Positions 51,818 through 63,362 of a DNA stretch of 64,000 bases are shown here, piece after piece. A model generated the notes under the pieces. The model was given only the letters and a program-made list of their open reading frames with translations, was not told where the DNA came from and did no database searches. The position numbers were made by a program, and so were the translations under genes. Every line of letters begins with the position of its first letter. Position 1 is the stretch's first letter. Source of the stretch: Torpedo marmorata (lineage: Eukaryota); assembly GCA_977017645.1 (NCBI GenBank), contig OZ360223.1, positions 47,368,001 to 47,432,000 on the forward strand, given 5' to 3'.

Positions 51818-52640
51818 GTTCAGATATTATTTATTGTCATGTAATAAAACAAAAAATATTACACAAAATTGCCTTTAGTCTGCCATATGGCAGACAAAGA
51901 TTCGCCATTAGAATTAGCATTGCCCGGCAGCAGTCAGAAAAAGAGAAGCAAAAGAGAGTTCTCCCAGAGTCACCGTGGATGTCCATGGATTCGCCTCCAG
52001 CGCTCACACAGACTCTGCAGCCGCACAAGACTCCAGTTCAGTTCAAACCATCGGCAACCTGAGCCCAGATCCAAACCTCCGACACAATGAGGAAGCCTTC
52101 AGCACCCAGGGCCCTTCGGGAGCACTTCTTGCCCTCAGCACTCTCTCAAAAACCGATAGCTGGTTCTCATGGGCCTGTCTCCAGTAGCCCGCAGCCTGGT
52201 GTGGTTCTTTGACCTCAAGTCTCCAACAGCCTGTGTGGGTTCCTCATCCACGAGTTGCCAACAGCTCGCTGTCTGAGTGTGTCCTTCAGCCACAGAGCTC
52301 CTCGCTGCTCCACTACCTTGGTCACCATCCTTAGAGTCCACTCCTCTGCTTCTCCTTCTCATCAGGGGGTGTTCTCCCTGTTGCTGCTGCCCTGCGCCAG
52401 TCTGCTGCTCCCCCGGAATCTGCAACCCCTCAAGGTCTCTGCTGAACACAGGCACAACCATCTTAGGCCCACACCCCATGGTCGCAGGATTTTAAATAAA
52501 ACACATTAATGTCTTTAACAGGCCATTTAAAGTCTGTACGGAGCTGTCCGCAATAGGACTGGGCGGTAGCACACCATGAGGAAGCGGTGTTTCTCCGCTC
52601 CCTGCTCTCCCGGGTCCACACCAGCGGCAGCGCTGCCATA
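51818..52640 (-). mobile_element. GC-rich, apparently non-coding retroposon with Rex1/Babar-like 3' tail
   Basis: ttcaga...tttattgtcatg tail like 39302-39330; no recognisable ORF. Confidence 0.5.
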
Positions 52641-52684
52641 ACATTTAAAAACTGAAACTAGCCACAAGTAGTAACCCCTGGGAA

Positions 52685-53690
52685 GGGATGACTGGAAGAG
52701 GGAGTCCCGGAGGGAGCGATGCTATGGAAAGTAGAGGGGAGGGGAAGATGAGTCTGGTGGTGAGATCCCATTGTAGGTGGTGGAAATTTCGGGGAATGAT
52801 ATGTTGGATGTGGAGGTTGGCGTGTGGTACGTGAGGCCGAGGGGAATCTACTCGTTGCATCTAGGGGGAGGGGGGATGGGGCTAGGCAGATGTGTGGGAA
52901 TTTGAGGATCCATGGGAATTAGAGGATATTCTGGTGAGGACAGTGGAGGGAAATCCACATTTTCTGAAGAAGGAGGATATTCTGGAATGGAAGGCCTCAT
53001 CCTGTGAGTAGATGGGGTGGAGATGGAAGAATTGGGAGAAAGCAATATAATCCTTGCAGGATACAGGATGGAAAGAGGCATAGTTAAGGAAAATGTGGAA
53101 GCTAGTGGGAGTATAAAAATTGTCTGTGGATAGTTTGTCTCCCGAAATGGAGAGAGAGAGAGAGAGATCGAGAAATGGAAGAGAGTTACCAGCGATGGAC
53201 CAAATGAATTTGAGGTCAAGTTGGAAGTTGGCAACAAAGTGGATAAAGTTGATGAACTCATCATGGATGCAGAGGCAGCACCAATGTAGTTATTAATGTA
53301 ATGGAGAAAGTGTTGAGGAGCCTTTCATGTGTAAGCTTGCAGCATGGATTGCTCCACAAAGCCAATGAAAAGACAGGTATAGTTGGGACCCATGTGAGTC
53401 CCAACACCTTTGATTTGGAGAAATTGTGATGAGCCAAATAAGAAGTTATTGAGGGTGTGTACAAGTTCTGCCAGTCAGAGGAGGGTGGTGGTGGAGGGGA
53501 ACTGGTTGGGGAATCTTCTTCTGTTATCCACGAAGAAGCACAGAGCCTTTTAGATGGGGGATGGAAGTGTATGGGGTCTGGACTTCCATAGTGTAAAAGA
53601 GGCAATCCAGCTCAGGGAGCTGAACGTTGTCGAAGTAATGGAGAGCATGTGAGATGTCCTGGATGTAAGTGGAAAGGGTCTCCGCAGGAA
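52685..53690 (-). mobile_element. Degraded Penelope-like RT fragment
   Basis: Reverse complement parallels 11840-13090 (catgctctccattacttcgacaacgttcag; catgggtcccaactatacctg; aggatgaggccttccattccag). Confidence 0.8.
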
Positions 53691-53839
53691 TAATAGTTTT
53701 TTTTCCATTTCAGCTTGCCATTTTTTAAGCATTTATAGGATGTGGTCATGAATGACAAAGGCGGCATTTATCACCCATCTCAATCTGCCCTTGAGAAGGT
53801 AGAGGCAAGCTGTTTTTTTGTCTTCTGGTGAAGCTACCA

Positions 53840-53992
53840 GCCCCTGTCTAACCCCTCCCACTTGTCCTTGTTATACTGGATATCCCCTCTGCGCTCTGTC
53901 TTGATGAATGGTTCTGAACGAAATATTGATCATTAATTTTCTCCGACTAATGCTGCTCGACCCGCTGAGTTCCTCCAGCAGATTGTATTTTG
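53840..53992 (+). mobile_element. Penelope-like 3' end remnant with degenerate hammerhead
   Basis: gtcttgatgaatggttctgaacgaaat...tgctgctcgacccgctgagttcctccagca. Confidence 0.7.
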
Positions 53993-54177
53993 AAATAAAA
54001 CAATACTGTTGTCAGGGGATTCTCGGTTCAGGCTCAGCAACACTGAAGGAATGATGATTATATTTTCAAGTCAGGGTAATGTGTGCCATCAGGGGTACTA
54101 TGCTCGTGTTCCTATGTTCATGCTGCCCTTAGTGGTGGGTGTCATGGATTTGACAGATGCTATTACAATAGCCTTGG

Positions 54178-55995
54178 GAGCAGCAGTTGATTGGGCAATT
54201 GAGTTCAACAGTTGAAGACAGAGGAGCAGTTGATTGGGCAATTGAGGTCAGGTGACCCAAACATCACTATAAAAGTGAGGGACTGTGTAGCGGAGCGGTC
54301 ATCAAGGGAGCAATTATTGTTGGATTGAGTCAGAGTGGAAAGGCTTTTGCTCAAGGGGCTTTGGTGAATAGGGGCTGAGGTGGCGGTGCAGGAGTTGAAG
54401 TAAGAAAGGCCCACCCTATTCAAGGAACAAAAAGGTTTCAGCAGGTAGGCACAGGTAAGGACAGTTTTAGATATATTTATTTCCTCTAGTCATAAACAGT
54501 GGGACTGGCAGCCAAGGCAGAATGTGAGTCATCAGGGAAGCCAGCAGCCACGACAATCAGGTCTCTGGCATGGAGTATGGTCCTGTGGTGAAGAAGGGAA
54601 GGGAGGAGAAGAGGCGAGCTGTAATGATAGGGGATTCCACAGTTAGGGGGACAGATAAAAGGTTCTGTGGAAGAGAGCGAGTATCCCAAATGGTATGTTG
54701 CCTCCCTGGTGCCAGCGTCCGAGATATCTCAGATCGCATTCACGGCATTCTCAAGAGAGAGGGTGAGCAGCCAGGTGTTGTGGTCCATGTAGGGACCATT
54801 GACGTTGGTAGGAAAGGTGAGGAGGTCCTGCAAGGAGAGTTCAGGGAGTTAGGCACTAGTTTGAAGGACTAGTGTTGTTTCCAGGGTTGTGATCTCAGGA
54901 TTGCTACCCATGCCACGTGCTAGTGAAGTTAGAAATAGGAGGATAATGCAACTTAACACGTGGCTAAAGACATAGTGCAGGAGGGAGTGCTTCAGGTTTC
55001 TGGATCATTGGGCTTTCTTCCAGGGACGGTGGGACCTGTTCCGATGGGACAGTTTTCATCTGAACTAGAGGGGCACTAATATCCTGCGGGAAAGTTTGCT
55101 AGTGCTGCTCCAGTGCGTTTAAACAAGGTTTGCAGGGAGAAGGGAACCAGAGTGCCAGAGCAGATAGAGGAGTGGAGGAGGGAAAAAATGATGTGGAAAA
55201 TTACATGCACCGTTGGAAGTCAACAGGTTGTACATGGTGGAAATTTTCTCAGGTGCATCTATTTCAGTGCAAGGAGTATTGTAGGAAAGGCAGACGAGCT
55301 TAGAGCGTGGATTGGCACGTGGAATTATGACATTGTGGCCATTAGTGAAACTTGATTACAGGAGGGGCAGGACTGGCAGCTCAATGTTCCGGGCTTCCGT
55401 TGCTTTAGACGCGATAGAACGGGGGGCGGATGAAATAGGGAGGAGTGGCATTGCTTGTCAAGGAAAATATCACAGCTTTGCTCAGGCAGGACAGACCAGA
55501 GGGCTCGTCTACCGAGGCTCTATGGGTGGAGCTGAGGAACGGAAAAGGTATGACCACACTCAAGGGGTTGTATTATAGACCGCCCAATAGTCAACGAGAA
55601 TTGGAGGAGCAAATCTGTAGAGAGATAGCAGATAGCTGCAGGAAACATAAGGTTGTGATAGTAGGAGATTTTAATTTTCAACATATTGTCGGGGACTCCC
55701 ACACTGTAAAAGGGCTGGATGGCTTGGAGTTCGTCAAATGTGTTCAGGAAAGTTTTCTAAATCAATATATAGAGGTACCAAGTAGAGAGAATGCAATACT
55801 GGATCTCCTATTAGAGAAGGAGACAGGACAGGTGACAGAAGTATGTGTAGGGGAACATTTTCAGTCCAGTGATCATAATGCCATTATTTTCAAGTTAATT
55901 ATAGAGAAGGATAGGTCTGGGCCTCAGGTTGAGATTCTAAATTGGAGAAAGGCCAATTTTGAGGAAATGAGAAAGGATCAAGAATGCGTGGATTG
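54178..55995 (+). mobile_element. CR1 LINE 5' part: ORF1 SGNH-esterase and ORF2 APE endonuclease (disrupted), cut by L1 insertion
   Basis: RAVMIGDSTVRG, VCCLPGA, VVHVGT(I)D esterase motifs; DIVAISET, YYRPP, GDFN, LDLLL, SDHN APE motifs; stops and frameshifts. Confidence 0.9.
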
Positions 55996-58713
55996 GGGGG
56001 GCGTGGCGTGATGGCGTAGGTTGAAGACGTGAGAATACACCTCTCCCCACAGATTTAGTTAAAAAGTGTATATAAATAACTTTGTATAGTTCAAAAACAG
56101 ACTAAAAGTTACTATCAAATATTTAGCAATGGCCTCTAGAAAAACGAGAGAACAGAAAGCAAAGAAAGCAATGTTTCAATCAATTTTACTTCAAGAAGAA
56201 AAACGGCCTACCTGTCCGATGGAGCCTGAGACTCAGGTAATTCTCCCTCCGAAGCCTGCACGATCGAGGACGCTGAAAGTGACTGCAGCGCCGGCGCTGC
56301 TCTCCCAGGGAGCTGGGGAAGATGGCGCCGGCGCTCGAAGTAAAACTACAAGAATGACGACGGAACAACCGCGCATGCAAGAAAAGACGCGCATGCGCGA
56401 TAGACAACGCGAGCTGTCAGATGAATCTGACAGCAAAAGAGACGTTCCACAGACGTTGCAATACGTTGTAGAACCTGAAACATCTTCAGATTCAGATGGA
56501 AAGGTGAAGGAAAAGAAACAAATGCTGGAGCAAGAAATGGAAGAACTGGAGGGAAACCCTGAGGACTCAGCTGCTGAAGACTTGTCAATAAGGCAAACTC
56601 AGCAACAAATACTTAAGGCTATTTCAAAAATGGAATCTCATATGGAACTTAGATTTAATCTAATGGTAGAAGAAATTAAAGATGTGAAACAAGATATGAA
56701 AGGTCTGAGAAATACTGTGAATGCAGTGAAAGTGAGAGTTCAAGAAATTGATAAAGAAGTTAAAGATAATTATGATGAAATGGTGGATTATAAGGATAGA
56801 GTCGATAAAATAGAAGATTCATTTACAGGTTGGGAACAACAAAGAAATCAACTTTTACAAAAATTGGATCAATTGGAAAATCAAAGCCGGAGAAATAATA
56901 TTAAAATTGTGGGACTTCCTGAAAATTTTGAAAAACAAGATATAATTGAATTTTTTCAAGATTGGCTTTCGGAGGGTTTGTCTTTAGATAAGCCAGTGGA
57001 GTTGGAGAGAGCACATAGAATTGGGAGACGAAATCAATATATGGATCAAAGACCATGTTCCGTTTTGATTAAATGTCTTCGATATCAAGACATGGAAAAA
57101 ATATTAAGAGCAGCTATTCAAAATGTGAAAATGAAAAAATCTCCACTTATGGTTAATGATAATAGAGTTTTCTTTTACCCTGACTTGAGTTCAACTATAG
57201 TTAAAAGTCGGAAAGAATTTAATCCAACAAAAGCGATTCTTTGGCAAAAGGGGTATAAGTTTTCTTTTAGATACCCTGCGGTTTTGAAGATTCAAACTCA
57301 AGAAAATCAGTTCCTTTCTTTTATGGATCCCCAACAAGCGCTACAATATGCATACTCTCTTCCTTATTTGAAGAAAGGACAAGATTTGATGGTTTATCAA
57401 CAAGCTCAAGAGATTTCACCATCGCAAGTTTCTTTGCCAAGTACTTCACGAAAAGAGGAGGAATTCGAGGTTGAGATTGAGGAAGATCAGGATATTGTGG
57501 ACATTGGAACAGTTAAATGAAGTTATGATTATAAATGTTGTGTAAAATCTGTTGGGGGGAGGTGGACTTTTTGTTTCTTCTTCCTAGCCATACACCACTT
57601 TAGTGGCGAGAGCCACTTCTTGAGCAATGGAGGGGGGTAATACTGGGGTAACTTCACCAGTATTTTATTCATTGGGGTTTTGTTTTTTCTTTTTTTCCTT
57701 ACTCTTTTTTCTTTTTAAGGAGATGTCAAATAGATTACAACTTTGGAGGAAGGAGCTGGTGGATTTGATCGAAAGAGATTTAGTAAAATATAGTAATGAT
57801 GGATAGATTTAGAAAATTGGAAAGATTTACCTATAACTTTAATGGGAAGGGTAAATTGTATTAAAATGAATGTTTTTCCAAGAATTCAATATCTTTTCCA
57901 ATCAATTCCTTATGAAATTCCTCAAAAAATTTTTAAAGACTTAAATTCAATTATTAGAAAATTTTTATGGAAAGGAAAATTAGTAAGAGTAGGTATAGAA
58001 AAATTAACTTGGAATTATGAAATGGGTGGTTTACAACTTCCTAATTTCCAAAATTATTATAAAGCAGCTCAATTAAAATTTGTTAATGAATTTTTTGATT
58101 CAACTAAATCTCTGCTTGGATTAAAATAGAATTAAATAATATAGGAGAAGATTCCAAAGAAGATGTTATTTATAAGTGGGATTCTAAATTAATATCACAA
58201 GAAGGAAAAATTCTCCTATCTTTAAGCATTTGTTAGAAATATGGAATAAGACGGATAAGGAAATAGGAGGAAAAGGAATGATTTCTCCAAGGATGACTTT
58301 ATATCAAAATGAACTTATTCCATTTACTATTAATAATCAATTATTTAAAATTTGGTTTCAAAAAGGAATTAAGAAAATAAATGATTGTTTTGAAGCTGGG
58401 AAATTTATTACTTTTCAAAGAATGAAAGATAAATTCAATATATTGGATAATACACTTTTTGCTTATTATCAAATTAGAGCATTTTTGATTGAGAAATTAG
58501 GTTATAGTTTGATCTTACCAAGACAGAATGAATTAGAATTATTAGTTACTAAAGGAGATGTAAATAAATTTATTTCTCAAATGTATAAATTGTTTTAGAG
58601 GAAAACTCCTAAAGTAGGAATTCATAAATCAAGATTAAAATGGGAACTAGATTTGAATGTAACAATAGATGAAAATCATTGGAAAGAATTATGTAAATTA
58701 AGTGTGATGAAGA
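55996..58713 (+). mobile_element. L1-clade LINE with 5' UTR, intact ORF1 and internally deleted ORF2
   Basis: G-rich 5' end, 463-aa ORF1, then ORF2 C-terminal region (GRVNCIKMNVFPRIQYLFQ; GGLQLPNF) without EN or RT core. Confidence 0.9.
56129..57520 (+). CDS. L1 ORF1p (coiled coil, RRM, CTD; Transposase_22/L1TD1-like)
   Basis: LENQSRRNNIKIVGLPE, ERAHR, FYPDLS, YPAVLKI motifs; heptad-rich region; uninterrupted 463 aa. Confidence 0.92.
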   Translation: MASRKTREQKAKKAMFQSILLQEEKRPTCPMEPETQVILPPKPARSRTLKVTAAPALLSQGAGEDGAGARSKTTRMTTEQPRMQEKTRMRDRQRELSDESDSKRDVPQTLQYVVEPETSSDSDGKVKEKKQMLEQEMEELEGNPEDSAAEDLSIRQTQQQILKAISKMESHMELRFNLMVEEIKDVKQDMKGLRNTVNAVKVRVQEIDKEVKDNYDEMVDYKDRVDKIEDSFTGWEQQRNQLLQKLDQLENQSRRNNIKIVGLPENFEKQDIIEFFQDWLSEGLSLDKPVELERAHRIGRRNQYMDQRPCSVLIKCLRYQDMEKILRAAIQNVKMKKSPLMVNDNRVFFYPDLSSTIVKSRKEFNPTKAILWQKGYKFSFRYPAVLKIQTQENQFLSFMDPQQALQYAYSLPYLKKGQDLMVYQQAQEISPSQVSLPSTSRKEEEFEVEIEEDQDIVDIGTVK

Positions 58714-60883
58714 TTTTTTTTCAATATTTTATTTAAAATTTTTAAATCACAAAATACATAAAATGGAATATAAAATTATCAAATTATTTGTGATACAATT
58801 TCACCCCCCCTCCCTCCCCTCCCCAACCCTCCCAACCCCACTAATCCAATAAAAATAAAAATATTAAAAAAAATAGAAAAAGTAGAAGAAAAAGAAAGAA
58901 AAAGATAGAGTAAGGGGAATGTCAATCTATAAACTAATTCTATTATGGAGGTCAAGTATGCCAGCAGATCCGATATCTAGAGATCTTCAAATCCTTAAAC
59001 CAACAGCTTTCATATATGGGCTCCAAATTTTTAAAAAGAAATGATATTTATTACGTAAATTATAAGTAATTTTTTCAAGTGGTATACATGAACGAAGTTC
59101 TGCATGCCATCTTTCTAATCCTAAATCTAAATCAGATTTCCAAGTAATAGCAATGCACTTCTTTGAAACAGCTAAAGCAATTCGCAAAAATTCTATCTGA
59201 TACATATTTAGTTTCATCCTAATACTAAATTTTCTAATATCTCCAAACAAAAATATCATAGGATCCATTGGAAATGTAATCTTAAATACTTTATCTAAAA
59301 AGTTTTTAACTTTCAACCAAAAATCATAAACTTTTGGACAAAACCATGTACAATGTACAAAAGACCCTTCCTCTTTATTACATCTAAAACATAAACCTGA
59401 TAATGTCGGATTAAATTTCTTTAATTTTTTAGGTGTTAAATATAATTGATGAAAAAAATTATATTGTACTAATCTATATCTAACATTAATAATCTTCGTC
59501 ATACTTAATTTACATAATTCTTTCCAATGATTTTCATCTATTCTTACATTCAAATCTAATTCCCATTTTAATCTTGATTTATGCAAACCAACTTTTGGCA
59601 TTTTCCTCTGAAACAATTTATACATTTGAGAAATAAATTTATTAACATCTCCATTAGTAACTAATAATTCTAATTCATTTTGTCTTGGTAAAATCAAAGC
59701 ATAACCTAATTTCTCAATCAGAAAAGCTCTAATTTGATAATAAGCAAAAAGTGTATTATCTAATATATTAAATTTATCTTTCATTCTTTGAAACGTAATA
59801 AATTTCCCAGCTTCAAAACAATCAACTAATCTTCTTAATTCCTTTTTGAAACCAAATTTTAAATAATTGATTATTAATAGTAAATGGAATAAGTCCATTT
59901 TGATATAAAGGCATCCTTGGAGAAATCAATCCTTTCTCTCCTATTTCCTTATCCGTCTTATTCCATATTTCTAACAAATGTTTAAAAATAGGCAAATTTT
60001 TCTTTCTTGTTGATATTAATTTAGAATCCCATTTATAAATAATTTCTTCTTTAGTGTCATCACCTATATTATTTAATTCTATTTTAATCCAAGCAGGAGA
60101 TTTAGTTAAGTCAAAAAATTCATTAACATATTTGAATTGAGCTGCTTTATAATAATTTTGAAAATTAGGAAGCTGCAAGCCACCCATTTCATAATTCCAA
60201 GTTAATTTTTCCATACCTACTCTTGCTAACTTTCCTTTCCATAAAAATTTCCTAATAATTGAATTTAAATCTTTTTAAAATTTTTTAGGAATTCCATAAG
60301 GAATTGATTGAAAAAGATATTGAATTCTTGGAAAAATATTCATTTTAATACAATTTACTCTTCCCAATAAAGTTATAGGTAAATCTTTCCAATTTTCTAA
60401 ATCTTTCTTTATTTTCACAAATAATGGTAGGTAATTTAATTTATATAAATTAGCCAATTTTGTATCAACCCTTACTCCCAAATATTTAATTCCTTCCTTT
60501 GCCCATTTAAATTGTGTAATTTCTTTACATCTACTATAATCCCCTTGTGATAATGCCATGATCTCACTTTTATCAGAATTAATTTTATATCCAGATATTT
60601 CCCCATATTCTCTCAATAAAATAGACAGTTGTACTAAAGATGCAACAGATTTTGTCATATATATCAATACATCATCTGCAAACAAACTAATTTTATGTTC
60701 TTCCATTCCAACTTTAATACCTACTATTTTAGAATCTTCTCTAACTAATTCAGCCAAAGGTTCTATTGCCAAAATAAATAATGCTGGTGAGAAAGGACAT
60801 CCTTGTCTAGTAGATCGAGTCAAAAGAATTTTGGAGAAATCTGTCCATTTGTGACTACTTTAGCAGATGGTTCTTTATATATA

Positions 60884-62902
60884 CCGTATATTTCGGCGTA
60901 TAAGTCGACCCTTGAAACCCTCAAAAATGTCTCAAAAAACGGGGGTCGACTTATACGCCGGATATACTTTTGAGACCTTAAATTCAGCTCAAAATCGAGT
61001 TCACGCCGATCCGGCGTATAAGTCGACCCCTCAAAACACGATTCGGCGTATAAGTCGACCCCTGAAAACACGATTCGGCGTATAAGTCGACCCCTGAAAA
61101 CACGATTCGGCGTATAAGTCGACCCCTGAAAAACCAAAAAAAAACCCGACTGCAACAAATTTTCATTGACATTTTTATTGAAAACAACAAGACATTTAGA
61201 ACCCTTCAAAATCACTTTCGCTATCATCGTCTGAGGCAAAGATCTCGGCAAGCACATCCGGGGTCTCACTGTTTAAACAGTCATCGTACGGGTCCCAGTC
61301 TGTATCTGATGAGGCGGCTTCAGCTTCGTCGTCAGTGTCCCACAATAAATCATCTTCCGTACCATCAATTGCACAAGAGATACCGCACTTTTTAAACGAT
61401 TTTATTACAGTCTCTACTTTCACTTTGTCCCATGCCTTGAGCACGAAGTCACACAGCACATCAAGCGATGCAGCACGCATTGCCCCGCCTTTTGTAAATG
61501 ATTTTTCTGCATCGACATCCATGTATTCCACTCTTCACGCACGTGGTCTTTGAATGGCTTGTTCAAGCAGACATCGAGAGGTTGCAATATAGACGTCAAA
61601 CCACCCGGGATAACCGCCATGTAAGTATTATGTTGTGCTAATGTACTTTTAGTCTTCTCAGTTAAGTGGCTACGAAACATATCCCAGACCAGCAAACTCC
61701 GTTCCTTGCGTAAACCGCCTGGCCGCCTGTTCCACACATTGTCTATCCATAGTTTTACACCATTTTCATCCATCCATCTTTTTTCATGAAAATGTACAAA
61801 AATACCTGCTGGGAAATTTATTTTAGGTTTAAGTTTGCGCTTGAAGATTACCATGGGTCTTAACTTTGTCCCGTCGGCCATGCACGATAACACCACGGTA
61901 AACCTGGTCCTTTCATGTCCTGTACTCCTCGTTTGCACAGTTTTCACACCTTTCCATTCCACTGTTCTATTGCCTATCATGTCAAAATTCATGGGGATTT
62001 CGTCCATGTTTCCAATATTTGCCAATGCAAACTTGTGTTTCTGCCGGTTACGTAAAATAAACTGGTGAAAACTTACAACTTTATGATCAAGATCTTTTGG
62101 TAGTTTCTGAGCAATTTTAGTTTTTTGTCGTAATACCAGATTTTTCCTGTTCATAAAACGGTTACACCAGCCTACTGAAGCTTCAAAATCATTACTGAGT
62201 TCTGGGTGCGACTTTGCCCAGTTCAGTGCAAATGTTCTTATTTTATTTCGGGTGACTATGTAGCAATCTTGCCTCTGTTCACGTACCCATGCTGCTACAT
62301 GATTTTCCAACTCTGGCCAACGAGTGATTCCTCTTCTCATGGAACATTGCCTTTTTGGTATTTTTCTTAAAGTATCTTCTTTCTTCCTCCAATCTCTTAC
62401 CAACTTCTCATATATATCAAATTTTCTTGCAGCAGCACAGTTGTTGGTTTTCTTGGCCATTTCTATTACTTTCAATTTAAAACTCGCCTCATACTTTCGT
62501 CGTTTCAATTGAGCCTTCAATGGAGCCTCCATGATAACAATCACCTCCAGCCAACGCCCAGCAGCTCAATGATCGCGATCGTTGTGGGTCGACCTATACG
62601 CCGGTCAACGCCCAGCAGCTCAATGATTGCGATCGTTGTGGGTCGACCTATGCACCGGTCAAAGCCCAGCAGCTCAATCATCGCGTTTTTTGAGGGTCGA
62701 CGTATACGCCGGTCAACGCCCAGCAGCTCAATCATCCCGTTTTTTGAGGGTCGACTTATACGCCAGTCAATGCGCAACATCTCAGGCATCGCGTTTTTTT
62801 GGGGTCGACTTATACGCCGGATATACCATAAAACCATTAAAATGAGGCTGAAAAAGGGGGGTCGACTTATCTGCCGGTCGACTTATACGCCGAAATATAC
62901 GG
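60884..62902 (-). mobile_element. pogo-superfamily DNA transposon (DD35D, Passer/POGK-like), full length 2019 bp
   Basis: Perfect TIRs CCGTATATTTCGGCGTATAAGTCGACC, TA duplication (60882-83 and 62903-04); removal restores L1 frame WIKTIYKEP. Confidence 0.95.
61196..62544 (-). pseudogene. pogo transposase (Brinker-like DBD, CENP-B HTH, DDE_1) with one frameshift near 61515
   Basis: NMDE...VWD-x35-QPLD triad; C-terminus continues in the 61196-61531 frame (AWDKV...KSFKKCGIS, acidic tail). Confidence 0.9.
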
Positions 62903-63362
62903 TAGTTTTAATCCAGTTAATAAATGTATTTCCAAAACCAAATTTCTCCAGTACCTTAAATAAAAAATTCCATTCTAATCTATCAAAAGCGTTTTCAGCG
63001 TCTAATGTTAAAACTAATGGTAAATCTTCCTTCTTTTTATGTAAATTAATTAAGCTAATCAATCTAGCTATATTATCTTTTGAATATCTATTTTTGATAA
63101 AACCAGCTTGATCTACATGAATTAAATCTGGTAAATAATTAGCCATTCTATTTGCTAGAATTTTTGCCATTATCTTATAATCTACATTTAACAATGAAAT
63201 AGGTCTATATGATTCAGTTTTCAATACATCCCTATCTTTTTTGGTATAACTGTAATTATTGCATTTTAAAAAAGTATCCAGTAATGAGTGATTTTCCGTA
63301 ATTTGATTCAATACTTCCAAATATGGAGGTATTAATAAATCTTTAAACTCCTTATAAAATTC

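Larger units (their letters stand above)
58714..63362 (-). mobile_element. Second L1-clade LINE (RT to 3' UTR and polyA), interrupted by pogo element
   Basis: SYRPISLLNVDYKI, LDAE(N)AFDRLEW, TRQGCP(F)SP, LFADDV, KYLG, CFRC...HCTWFCP; T-run at 58714. Confidence 0.93.

Noticed and set aside
61010-61135. Short regularly spaced repeats resembling a CRISPR array or iterons
   Set aside because: They are copies of the pogo TIR motif without unique spacers
60820-61269. 149-aa minus-strand ORF
   Set aside because: Chimera of pogo terminal repeats and L1 ORF2 across the insertion junction
62509-63111. 200-aa ORF with internal repeats
   Set aside because: Read-through of pogo subterminal repeats into antisense L1 sequence
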